DNA of 64,000 bases, taken from the IMG/VR virus record IMGVR_UViG_3300030060_005695, one strand, 5' to 3'. The first letter of the stretch is position 1, and each line of letters opens with the position of its first letter. This stretch comes from a virus. Shown here piece after piece: positions 1 to 9,279 of the stretch. The translations under genes and the position numbers were made by a program. The notes beneath the pieces were generated by a model that saw nothing but the letters and a program-made list of their open reading frames with translations, ran no database searches and was not told where the DNA came from.

Positions 1-2
1 TC

Positions 3-1703
3 ACCCTACTAGGTGCACCAGAAGCTTTAGTTGAATTTAATGAATATGTGGTCATAGCGGGAGCTCCAATAAACATGAATCCAGGTATGAGATTTGAGTG
101 GGTTCAAACAGCAGCCGGTGAAGTTCCTAGTTACAAAAAAATACAAAATAGATTTGATTACCAGTGGGAAAAAATATCAGGAGGTTCCTACACTACTGAA
201 ACACTAAATTATAGTATACCATTTAATCAATATTATGTTTCTACAGGTACTACTTTTAATCCTTTCATCTTAGATGACTATCCTATAGATGAACAGGGAT
301 ACCCAACAAAACCAAGACTCACAGAAAGTTACTTTTTTCAACGAGGTGCCGGTTGGTTTGAAATGACAGAAGAACATAAATCAGATTTAGTTTTAAATCT
401 AAGTGCTTCCACTTTGACTGGTTGTACACCTAACGCGGTAACTAAGTATGCTGAGTTCACATGGGGAGGTTTTTGGACTATGGGCCAATACTCTAATTTA
501 GTTAAAGCACCTTATCTTGATAGATTTAGAAGATTTCCACACATGTCATTTGGTTTTGGTCTTACCAGAATTAACGATGATAAAAAATCTTGGGTCTATA
601 AAGAAGGAAAACAAGATAGAGATTATTCTTTTAACAATAGAGACGCTTACTACCAAACATTAAATGAAAAACTAGTATTAAATGTAAAAAATGTTGACTT
701 ATCATTAAATATAGGACAAGGTTTAACTTATGATGTATGGCAACAGTCGGTTAAGTCGGATTGTTTCTTTAGTGGTGGTACATTACCTTCACCCTATCCT
801 AGGCCAGGAGGTGTTTGGGATTCTACGAATCCAAAAATAAATGCAAAAACCTTAGACTTTAAAACATTTAAAAATAATTTTTGGAAAGTTTTTATAGACG
901 CCAAAAATAGAATGACTATAAACGACGGTAAGACAGGAGGGTACCCAACACTACAACAAATTTATTTAGATTATTTGCATAAAAATTGTGGTGAAAATAA
1001 TCAGTACACATATCAAAAGATGATTGATTACGCTCAAGCATTAGGTGACTATTGGATAAAAATTGTAGAACAGATGGTACCTACTACAACATTATGGACT
1101 AGTGGGGTTAAGGTAGAAAATTCTGCATTTCATAGAGATAAATTTGTTTATAAATGTTTTAGTGTAAGTGGTGACCCACTACAAAGTGTGTACTCAATGA
1201 CGTTTACTACTTCCGCAAGTGGTTATACTGGTTATCCATGGCCGTTATTTAGTAACTCAGCTAGAATGATGTCTATGCCTACACCCCCACAATCTGGTAC
1301 AACTTACTATAATAATTTATTTTCTGGTTCAGGAACCATACCACTTTCTAGTTATGCAAATTCTTACAATATAAACAATCAAGGTAGATTTACGGGTAGT
1401 CCACTTCTTAGTAAAGAAACAAATAAACTATCAAATAGTTTTCAAACCAACAGAACAAAATTTACATCTAAGGCAGTCTTTACAAAAAAAGGAAGTACAG
1501 ATAATTTATTATGTATAAAAGGTTTGAAAGAATTAGGTTTTGATGACCTAAGTTGGTTAGAAAACTACACTTTAACCCCTACAGAAAACACACAAACTCT
1601 TAGAAGTGGTGTAGGTAGTAGTATAAACACAAATAGACCATCTAGTCCTTCTGGAGGAATGTCAACAGGAGGAGGTATGTCTAGTGGTGGTGGTGGATAT
1701 TAA
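3..1703 (+). CDS. Virion structural protein, probable baseplate component (5' truncated by window)
   Basis: Frame is open from base 3 (TLLGAPEALVEFNEYV...), so the true start lies upstream. YWIKIVEQMVPTTTLW resembles large-phage baseplate proteins; Gly/Ser tail ends GGGGY; first gene of the structural cluster. Confidence 0.55.
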   Translation, partial: TLLGAPEALVEFNEYVVIAGAPINMNPGMRFEWVQTAAGEVPSYKKIQNRFDYQWEKISGGSYTTETLNYSIPFNQYYVSTGTTFNPFILDDYPIDEQGYPTKPRLTESYFFQRGAGWFEMTEEHKSDLVLNLSASTLTGCTPNAVTKYAEFTWGGFWTMGQYSNLVKAPYLDRFRRFPHMSFGFGLTRINDDKKSWVYKEGKQDRDYSFNNRDAYYQTLNEKLVLNVKNVDLSLNIGQGLTYDVWQQSVKSDCFFSGGTLPSPYPRPGGVWDSTNPKINAKTLDFKTFKNNFWKVFIDAKNRMTINDGKTGGYPTLQQIYLDYLHKNCGENNQYTYQKMIDYAQALGDYWIKIVEQMVPTTTLWTSGVKVENSAFHRDKFVYKCFSVSGDPLQSVYSMTFTTSASGYTGYPWPLFSNSARMMSMPTPPQSGTTYYNNLFSGSGTIPLSSYANSYNINNQGRFTGSPLLSKETNKLSNSFQTNRTKFTSKAVFTKKGSTDNLLCIKGLKELGFDDLSWLENYTLTPTENTQTLRSGVGSSINTNRPSSPSGGMSTGGGMSSGGGGY

Positions 1704-1708
1704 AAGTT

Positions 1709-4700
1709 ATGGCAAATAAAACATATAAATCATATATAGACTTGAGAGTATTGGGTGATGAGATAAAATTTTTACTTTTACTCTCTAACACACCAGACAA
1801 TACTACAAGTAGGGCTTACAATAAGAAAAAATGTATGACCATAACTTACAATACTGAAAATTTAGTAGAAGCTATTTGTATGTATCAGGGTGAAGAAGAA
1901 AGGTTGTTCCTGAGATTTTCTGCCAACCATTTAAAAATTAAACAACATTCTTATGCTCCTAGAGGTACCCAAAACTCTAATGTTATAAACTTAAGAAAAA
2001 CAGATATGTTCCTAGAGGTATTCAAAACCAATAAAGGAGTACATAGTTTTGAAAGTGTTAAAGGTAATGGTTTTGGAGCCTTTTTATCGCACCCAAACTA
2101 CTTTTCTACAGAAATATCAAAAAATGCTGTTAGGGGTGTAGGGGCAATGCTACCATTCCAAAACATGGTTATGGGCAAATTTCACTCACTACAAATGTTA
2201 TTACCCGGAGCTTACATGCCAAAAAATGTAGCTAATATGTATTCTTTTGATTTGGATATACACATACAGTCCGAAGGTCAATTCATAAAATCTTTAGGGT
2301 TTAAAACACAAAAAGAAGAGATAACTATAGTACAAGGTACAGAATTACCTATTGTTTCACCGGAACCTATAATAAATGTAACACCTAACATAAAATTAGA
2401 TACGACATACATACCTTTAAGTAGTAATGATTTAGCTTCTAGAGAAATTATTTTTGATTACAATAAAGAATTAGTTAAACAAAATGTTGACGCATCTTCA
2501 TTAACATTAATGAGTAGTGAAGTATACACTATAAAAAACCCACAAAATTTAAATACAAATTTAGAAAATGTGGGGTTAACTGATAGTAATATTATTGAAA
2601 TACCTTACAATATATCTAGAGAAGTAGAATATGGTAAAATAAAAACAAGTAGAAAGGTAATAAAAAACGGTAAAGAAATGTATCCCCTAGGTTGGATTAA
2701 TGAACTTAGAGATAATAAAATTGTTTCCAGAAGTGATAAATGCTTTTCTTTATCATTTAATAGTAGAGAACAACTTATAGCGTTTTCAGAAAAACTAAAA
2801 AAACAACAAATAGGTAATATAGAAACTTATCCCGTAGTCAACAAACAATCTGATAGTAGGGATACGATAGTCCGACCTAAAAAAACTTACAGTAAAATAT
2901 CCCAGTGGATTGAAAGGTCTTTATTAGATGAATACAATGATGTTAGATTTACTTATGACAGTGACGCTTACATAGAGAGTATACTGATTTGCCCAAGGAA
3001 AAAAACAAAGGTAAATAATAATGCTGGAGTCACAAAAGAAATGTATAGCGATGGTACATTACTAAGACAACTTAATGGAGAACCATATATTGGTGATTAT
3101 CACTACAACCCAAAGTTAGGACCTGTTACAGGTAAAGATAGTAATAGTACAAACCAACAACTACTAACAGAATTATATTGTTATGCACCAATTAGTGCAA
3201 ATAGTACTACCGATTTTTATTTGACTACTTATGGTATGAAAAAAGTGGACATATATTCATCATTTACCTCCACCACAAGTTCTAGTTACGAACCAAATTA
3301 TACCTATGATTTACATATAAGTGGTGATTCATTCTCAGCACATTCAGCTACTACAGGAACCACAAGCATACCAATAAGTAATATGGATAGAGAATATATC
3401 TGTCCAATGATAAATGATGTTAACAAACAATATAAACCCTATAGTTTTAGTGGGGTTTATAGTGGTAATACTGGTGGGTCTTTAGCTTTAGATGAGAATG
3501 ACCCTAAACACTATATGACTTATACTGTTAAGAGTAGTGGAGTGTATAGATTTACCTATAAAGCATTTTTAAATGTTAAATACACAGACACTAAATGGTG
3601 TGATTATGTAAGTCGTATATGTCCTAGTGCGGTTACAGCAACTACCGGAATTTTTCCACAAAATGATTACCAGACTAAAAGACTAATAAACACATCTATC
3701 ATTCAAGGAGGAGAAGATGAAACTAGAACAACCTTACAAGATACTGGTGGTAAAGCTCATCCAGGTTATAGATTTAAGAGACCAGGTGATGGTTGGTGGG
3801 ACCAAACACCAATCAATAGTGGTATTATGAAATTTAATTTTGAGGCTTCTATATTAAAATATAGTAGTGGTTCTACAACAGAAGGTACTGTTACAGGAGG
3901 TACCTCTGGTACACCTTCTACGATAGTGAGTAGTAGTGTTAAAAGAGCGAATATTGATGGATATGCGGATAACTATCTAACACTAGACGTTAGTGAAAAT
4001 GATAAATACTCCAACACATACAATGTTTGTATAACCACAGGTGCATCAGCAACAACTATTTTTTCTAAACAAATACCAATTGTTCTAGATACCGGACTAA
4101 TAAGTTTAGCTGCGGGAGACATAATAGAGTTAGCTTATGATTTAAATTGGGAATCAATATCTAAAGGTAATTACTTTGGTGGAGGTGGTACTACAAATTT
4201 AGATATTAATCTAGGACATGAAATAGATAATTTAGGTAATAAAATAGCATCACCATGGTATAGAGGTGTTAAATTATCTAGTTCTATAATATATAAAAAT
4301 TTATTTTTTGACGCAAGTAAACAATCTAAACCATTTTTAATGAAAACAGATGGTATGGATAAAGAAGTTAGGTTAGATGGTACTTTATATTTATCCGACC
4401 GTAAATGTGGTAATATAAAAAGACCAACCATAACACCACAATCATTTTTAAACCAAACCTTTTTAGATAGTTCTGCACCTAACCATAAATTAGTTTGGGA
4501 TATAACATCACCGACACCAGTAAATAATTGGAAAAATTTACTAGAAGATAATATTATAAAAGACTACCAGTTAACAAATAGCCCACAAAATAAATTAACG
4601 GCTATGAAAAAAGAAGGAATATTCTGTTTCTACCTACCAACCTATAATAGTGAATTCGGAGCAAAATGTGATTTTAATTTTCCACAAATAACACAATCCT

Positions 4701-5674
4701 ATGTTATTATTAATAAATTTAAAAACTTTTTTGGTAATGATTTAACACACTATCTAGTTGTTACACCAACATGTAATTTTTATAAACCATGTTCAGGAAC
4801 TAAATTATTAAGTGATTATGATATTTTACATAAGACAAGACCAGATAGATGGAAAGTACAAAACGTAGATAAAAAAATAACAATAGACGGTAAAGAAATA
4901 ACCATATTAAGTAGTGAATCACACTCTAATCCTAAACCAAAAACCCTTTCCAACCAGACTATATGCAAGTACTTTTGTGATTGTGGACAAGATGTTGCGG
5001 AACATTTAGAAATAGACCCTATATATGGTATAACAGATTTATTTACTGATTTAGAAGGACAAAATTGTACTGATTGTGTAGAAAATTCTAGAAAACATTG
5101 TAGTCAAATACACGCAAAATGTAAACCAGTTATAATAGAAGACTGTTCAGAACTTAAAGACTATGCACAATCTACAACAGAAACAGGGATACCAATTAAG
5201 TTAAAAGGAACTATTATTGTTAACCCCGCAACTACAACTGGTGGTGGAAAACCTAAACCAGATGACAAAGATGATGATGTAGAAATAGAAGGAAAAGCAG
5301 ACGTAAAAGGTCCAGGAGGTACTAGTGAGATAGAAATATTCTATACTTGTAAGGGTGGATTATGTATCCAAGATACAAGAGGAATTTACAGTAGTTTGGA
5401 TGAATGTATCGCTAGGTGTGAAAGAGTAGATAATACTAGCGACCCATCTAAACCCAAAGAACCTGTAAGTCCAACAGAGGAAGCAGCAACTGAAGCGGTC
5501 ATAGATAGTAGAGCAGTAGTAGAAGAAGGTGTAAAAGGTAAACCAACATCTAAAGATGAAATAACACGGATTTTAAAAGAATCCATAAAAGAAAAAGAAG
5601 AAGCCGGTGTTTGTAAAAAAGGTTATTATTGGTGTGAAAAAAGAGGGTGTATACCATTAAAAGAAGAATGTTAA
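1709..5674 (+). CDS. Large structural/virion protein with Cys-rich C-terminal modules
   Basis: 1321 aa ORF in the structural cluster; S/T/G-rich beta-like middle; C-terminal Cys clusters. Confidence 0.5.
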   Translation: MANKTYKSYIDLRVLGDEIKFLLLLSNTPDNTTSRAYNKKKCMTITYNTENLVEAICMYQGEEERLFLRFSANHLKIKQHSYAPRGTQNSNVINLRKTDMFLEVFKTNKGVHSFESVKGNGFGAFLSHPNYFSTEISKNAVRGVGAMLPFQNMVMGKFHSLQMLLPGAYMPKNVANMYSFDLDIHIQSEGQFIKSLGFKTQKEEITIVQGTELPIVSPEPIINVTPNIKLDTTYIPLSSNDLASREIIFDYNKELVKQNVDASSLTLMSSEVYTIKNPQNLNTNLENVGLTDSNIIEIPYNISREVEYGKIKTSRKVIKNGKEMYPLGWINELRDNKIVSRSDKCFSLSFNSREQLIAFSEKLKKQQIGNIETYPVVNKQSDSRDTIVRPKKTYSKISQWIERSLLDEYNDVRFTYDSDAYIESILICPRKKTKVNNNAGVTKEMYSDGTLLRQLNGEPYIGDYHYNPKLGPVTGKDSNSTNQQLLTELYCYAPISANSTTDFYLTTYGMKKVDIYSSFTSTTSSSYEPNYTYDLHISGDSFSAHSATTGTTSIPISNMDREYICPMINDVNKQYKPYSFSGVYSGNTGGSLALDENDPKHYMTYTVKSSGVYRFTYKAFLNVKYTDTKWCDYVSRICPSAVTATTGIFPQNDYQTKRLINTSIIQGGEDETRTTLQDTGGKAHPGYRFKRPGDGWWDQTPINSGIMKFNFEASILKYSSGSTTEGTVTGGTSGTPSTIVSSSVKRANIDGYADNYLTLDVSENDKYSNTYNVCITTGASATTIFSKQIPIVLDTGLISLAAGDIIELAYDLNWESISKGNYFGGGGTTNLDINLGHEIDNLGNKIASPWYRGVKLSSSIIYKNLFFDASKQSKPFLMKTDGMDKEVRLDGTLYLSDRKCGNIKRPTITPQSFLNQTFLDSSAPNHKLVWDITSPTPVNNWKNLLEDNIIKDYQLTNSPQNKLTAMKKEGIFCFYLPTYNSEFGAKCDFNFPQITQSYVIINKFKNFFGNDLTHYLVVTPTCNFYKPCSGTKLLSDYDILHKTRPDRWKVQNVDKKITIDGKEITILSSESHSNPKPKTLSNQTICKYFCDCGQDVAEHLEIDPIYGITDLFTDLEGQNCTDCVENSRKHCSQIHAKCKPVIIEDCSELKDYAQSTTETGIPIKLKGTIIVNPATTTGGGKPKPDDKDDDVEIEGKADVKGPGGTSEIEIFYTCKGGLCIQDTRGIYSSLDECIARCERVDNTSDPSKPKEPVSPTEEAATEAVIDSRAVVEEGVKGKPTSKDEITRILKESIKEKEEAGVCKKGYYWCEKRGCIPLKEEC

Positions 5675-5688
5675 AAAAGAGATAAATA

Positions 5689-8600
5689 ATGTCAATATCG
5701 TATGTAGGTAATATGAAATTAAATGGTTATAAAATAACCAACACTTTAAGTGGTTCTTGTAATGGAAGTATTATAGGAGCCAATATATCTGCGAGTACTA
5801 ATAGTGCACCTTACCTAGTAACTTGGTCAGGTACTAATACTTTATATACAGCAGATACTTTTGATATTAGTAATTTATGTGCTGATGATTACGTAGCTAC
5901 TATAACAGATTATACGGGAGCTACTGCAACTACCACAATAACACTTAGTGCTTTCACAGTACCTAGTATAGAAGCTAGTTTAACTAACGATGATTGTGTA
6001 CTAGACCCAAATAAAAAGGGGGAAATAACAGTATCAGACTCTACTACCACCACACCCACATATACATATGAGTTAAGAAAAAATAATAAATTAGTAGACA
6101 TTTATTATGGTAATACAGGAAATACACGTCATGCTTTCAGTGGTATAGAAAATGGTTTATATACTGTTACAGTAATGGAAGAAAAAATAATAGATTTTGA
6201 TACCAGACCATCACAAAGTGGTTGTACAGCATATAATTTTAATGACAATGGAGCCAATTATGGTTGGTTACTACCTAATATAATCGGTAATACATGGGAA
6301 AATTTTCTTCCTAACGCACCTTTTCACTTAACATTTAAAAATGGTTGGGGTCCCGCTACAGGTGGTACCCAAATATATTATGAAACAGGAATATTACCAG
6401 ATGGTACTATAGATAGTGACAACCCTTATGTTTGGTTTTATACTGGTGATACTTTAACTAGAAAAACAGATTTGGGAAAAAATTGGTATTTAGGTGTTAG
6501 TGCATTAACTAAAGAAGAGGGTGATAATAATGTAGGCCCTGTTATGGCTAGGACCGCAGCTAACATAGGGTATTTTTATTACAATAGTGTGATTAACAAA
6601 TTTGAATATCTATGGCCAACATATGGTGCTGTTATAAGTTGGATAACTTACGACCCACGTCAAAATTATGGGATACCAGGTAACCCTAGAAGTTCTAATT
6701 TAACAGGAGCAACATCAGGATTTTCAATAGCTAACGTCTCAGCTATTGATGTTACAATTGACCCAGGAAGTGGTACAGTAGAACAATTTGGTGGTATATA
6801 TCCTGACAGTGGAACTAATGGTAAATTTTATGCTAGCTCTACAGCTAATAATGCTAGTGTTGGTGGTATGTTAAGTTTATGTTCGTATAATAATTATTCG
6901 TGGGAAACTACATTTAATGCTACTTCAGACAACGATAGTCTCTATATATTTTTGGCTGCATTTAGAGACGATGACGCAAAATATGGACCATCTGGGTTTA
7001 CATATAGTTTGTATTTACAAGCTAATGGTACATCAGGAAAAATTACTATAGGTCACAATGCGGGTAGTAGCGGTTTTGGTTTTAAAAGAGACGGTTATCA
7101 ATTTAGAGATTGTTTCCAAGGTGCATGTACTACTGTAAATCCTAACGCTGGTAAAGTAAGTATAGCTAATTTTGATGGTTATCTTACACCTTTTAGTGCG
7201 GGAACCGGAGCTTGGCAAGCTATGGGAGCAGTAAGAGTTAAAATAAATCGCTCAGGTACTACAGGAGAACACTTTCATATACAATTTACTGAAACAATGG
7301 GTACAGGTGCGAGTGCAACTAGAGCGATAGGACAAACAAACGGATATAATCCAAGGTACGACATTAATTTTAATCTTTTAGATAGAACTACATGGTCTGG
7401 AAACTCTTTTTCTGCTTATGATGAATATGATTGGTTACAAAGATATGATTTATGTAAATTTTTAGGTTCTAAAAGAATTGGTTATGGACAATCTTCACAA
7501 CCTAATTTGAGTTTCTATCATATTACTTTTACAGGTAACCCATCACAACAAGAAATTCTACCACCAGACTGTGGAAATAGTTTAGGTCCCGCAAATACAG
7601 TAACTATTACAGCTACTACTGGGACAACCACTAATGTAATACAAACTAATGATACTAGTAGTTACTCTTCTACGGAACCCAATGTCCCGAAAGTTAATCC
7701 AAGAGTCAATGTGTCTTTACAAACAATGCCATCACCTAGTGTTAGTATTGTTGGTTTAAGTAAACCAAATGTCAAACTAAGTACACAAATAGGTAATAAA
7801 CCAGCATTATCAGTTTATAATGCAAGTCAAGGTGGTGGTGGTGAAATAAAAGTATATTACGGGGGTAATAACACCGATATGTTATTCGGTAATATGTACC
7901 CAAAGTTTAGAATATATCCTTATATAACAGAAGAAGATAGAATCGCAACTTCACCAGTCTATGAAGCTATTTTTGATACTTTACCTAGTTATTATGATGA
8001 AACCAGTCAAAGTACTATAATAAGTGGAAGTACTTTTATTCCATGGTCAGGTTTCTGTACCGGAAGTAGTTGGGAATACATTGTAAGACCAAGTTACTTA
8101 TTTAAAGATAAAACATCACCTAACGATGTGTGGATTGACACAGCATTTTATCCACCACAAGAATTGGTTTCCACAAGTCAGGATTTTTACATGGCTCTAG
8201 TAAAAGACCCACCAGTACCAAGTCTATCATTAGACGATTTCAGACTACCATTTTCTGTACCACAGATGATGATAGATACTACCGTGGTAACTAATATGCC
8301 ATCACCAACCACACCTCAGTTTAGTAGTGCTACATATAGACACGAAATTAGAAGTGCTAGACCTAGTGTTCCACTAGTTACAGTTAATGGTATTGTAGTG
8401 TCAGAAGGAATGTCAGGTGTTACAGCGGTAGATTCTTTAACTGACGCTGGAGGTACCGATGTTTCTAATTACCACACCATACTACCTACTGGTGACTATA
8501 AATTATCTTTAGGTAATAGAGCAGTCACATTCTTTCCAGAGACAGTTCAAAACGGAGACCAACTACAATTTATTTATGATGCTGCGGGAGGTTCATGGGC

Positions 8601-9237
8601 ACAATTTTTTACAATGCCAGCAACTGTTAGTACAACAGATACTGAAATGATATTTGAGGAAAATGGTTATTACTATATTAATTTAGAAAAACAATCATTT
8701 GGGGGTGTATCATTAGCTATAAATGGTGTCACTCAAGGAGAAGGTTTAAGTGGGTATACTAAAGTAAGTGACACAAGAATACAATTATTGTCTTCTACAG
8801 ACACATATCAATCAGGTGATACTTTTGCGTTATTTTACAAAACTATTTACATGTTAGCGGGTCTTAGTATGAATAAAGAACCACAAATACCTATAAATTA
8901 TTTAAAAGATAAAGCATTAATTGATGTTGTTAGAGTTAGATTATTTAATGATGACGGTAATGTAGTACAACAATTAAGTAAGACAATACCAGCCGAAAAA
9001 GTAGGTGCTGTTTATTGTTCTTTCACATTATTACCACCAGAACCAGGTAATTACAAATATAGAGTAAGTATCACCAGACAATATCCTTTATTAAATGGTG
9101 AAAGTGTATATTCTACAAGTCAAACGGATGTAGTTCCATTTGAAATAACAAGAAATGTATTTTATTCCCCTTCAGGTATAAATCCACGTAATGATACGGG
9201 TCCAGGTGGAGCTGAGGGATTTAGGGGTGGATATTAA
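5689..9237 (+). CDS. Tail fibre/adhesin-like virion protein with SprB-like repeats
   Basis: SCNG...ISNLCADDYVATITDYTG and FSGIENGLYTVTV resemble SprB/Ig-like repeats; T/G/S/N-rich; 1182 aa. Confidence 0.5.
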   Translation: MSISYVGNMKLNGYKITNTLSGSCNGSIIGANISASTNSAPYLVTWSGTNTLYTADTFDISNLCADDYVATITDYTGATATTTITLSAFTVPSIEASLTNDDCVLDPNKKGEITVSDSTTTTPTYTYELRKNNKLVDIYYGNTGNTRHAFSGIENGLYTVTVMEEKIIDFDTRPSQSGCTAYNFNDNGANYGWLLPNIIGNTWENFLPNAPFHLTFKNGWGPATGGTQIYYETGILPDGTIDSDNPYVWFYTGDTLTRKTDLGKNWYLGVSALTKEEGDNNVGPVMARTAANIGYFYYNSVINKFEYLWPTYGAVISWITYDPRQNYGIPGNPRSSNLTGATSGFSIANVSAIDVTIDPGSGTVEQFGGIYPDSGTNGKFYASSTANNASVGGMLSLCSYNNYSWETTFNATSDNDSLYIFLAAFRDDDAKYGPSGFTYSLYLQANGTSGKITIGHNAGSSGFGFKRDGYQFRDCFQGACTTVNPNAGKVSIANFDGYLTPFSAGTGAWQAMGAVRVKINRSGTTGEHFHIQFTETMGTGASATRAIGQTNGYNPRYDINFNLLDRTTWSGNSFSAYDEYDWLQRYDLCKFLGSKRIGYGQSSQPNLSFYHITFTGNPSQQEILPPDCGNSLGPANTVTITATTGTTTNVIQTNDTSSYSSTEPNVPKVNPRVNVSLQTMPSPSVSIVGLSKPNVKLSTQIGNKPALSVYNASQGGGGEIKVYYGGNNTDMLFGNMYPKFRIYPYITEEDRIATSPVYEAIFDTLPSYYDETSQSTIISGSTFIPWSGFCTGSSWEYIVRPSYLFKDKTSPNDVWIDTAFYPPQELVSTSQDFYMALVKDPPVPSLSLDDFRLPFSVPQMMIDTTVVTNMPSPTTPQFSSATYRHEIRSARPSVPLVTVNGIVVSEGMSGVTAVDSLTDAGGTDVSNYHTILPTGDYKLSLGNRAVTFFPETVQNGDQLQFIYDAAGGSWAQFFTMPATVSTTDTEMIFEENGYYYINLEKQSFGGVSLAINGVTQGEGLSGYTKVSDTRIQLLSSTDTYQSGDTFALFYKTIYMLAGLSMNKEPQIPINYLKDKALIDVVRVRLFNDDGNVVQQLSKTIPAEKVGAVYCSFTLLPPEPGNYKYRVSITRQYPLLNGESVYSTSQTDVVPFEITRNVFYSPSGINPRNDTGPGGAEGFRGGY

Positions 9238-9279
9238 ACATTTTGAAATAAAATGTATTTATGTATAAAGTAAAAAACT

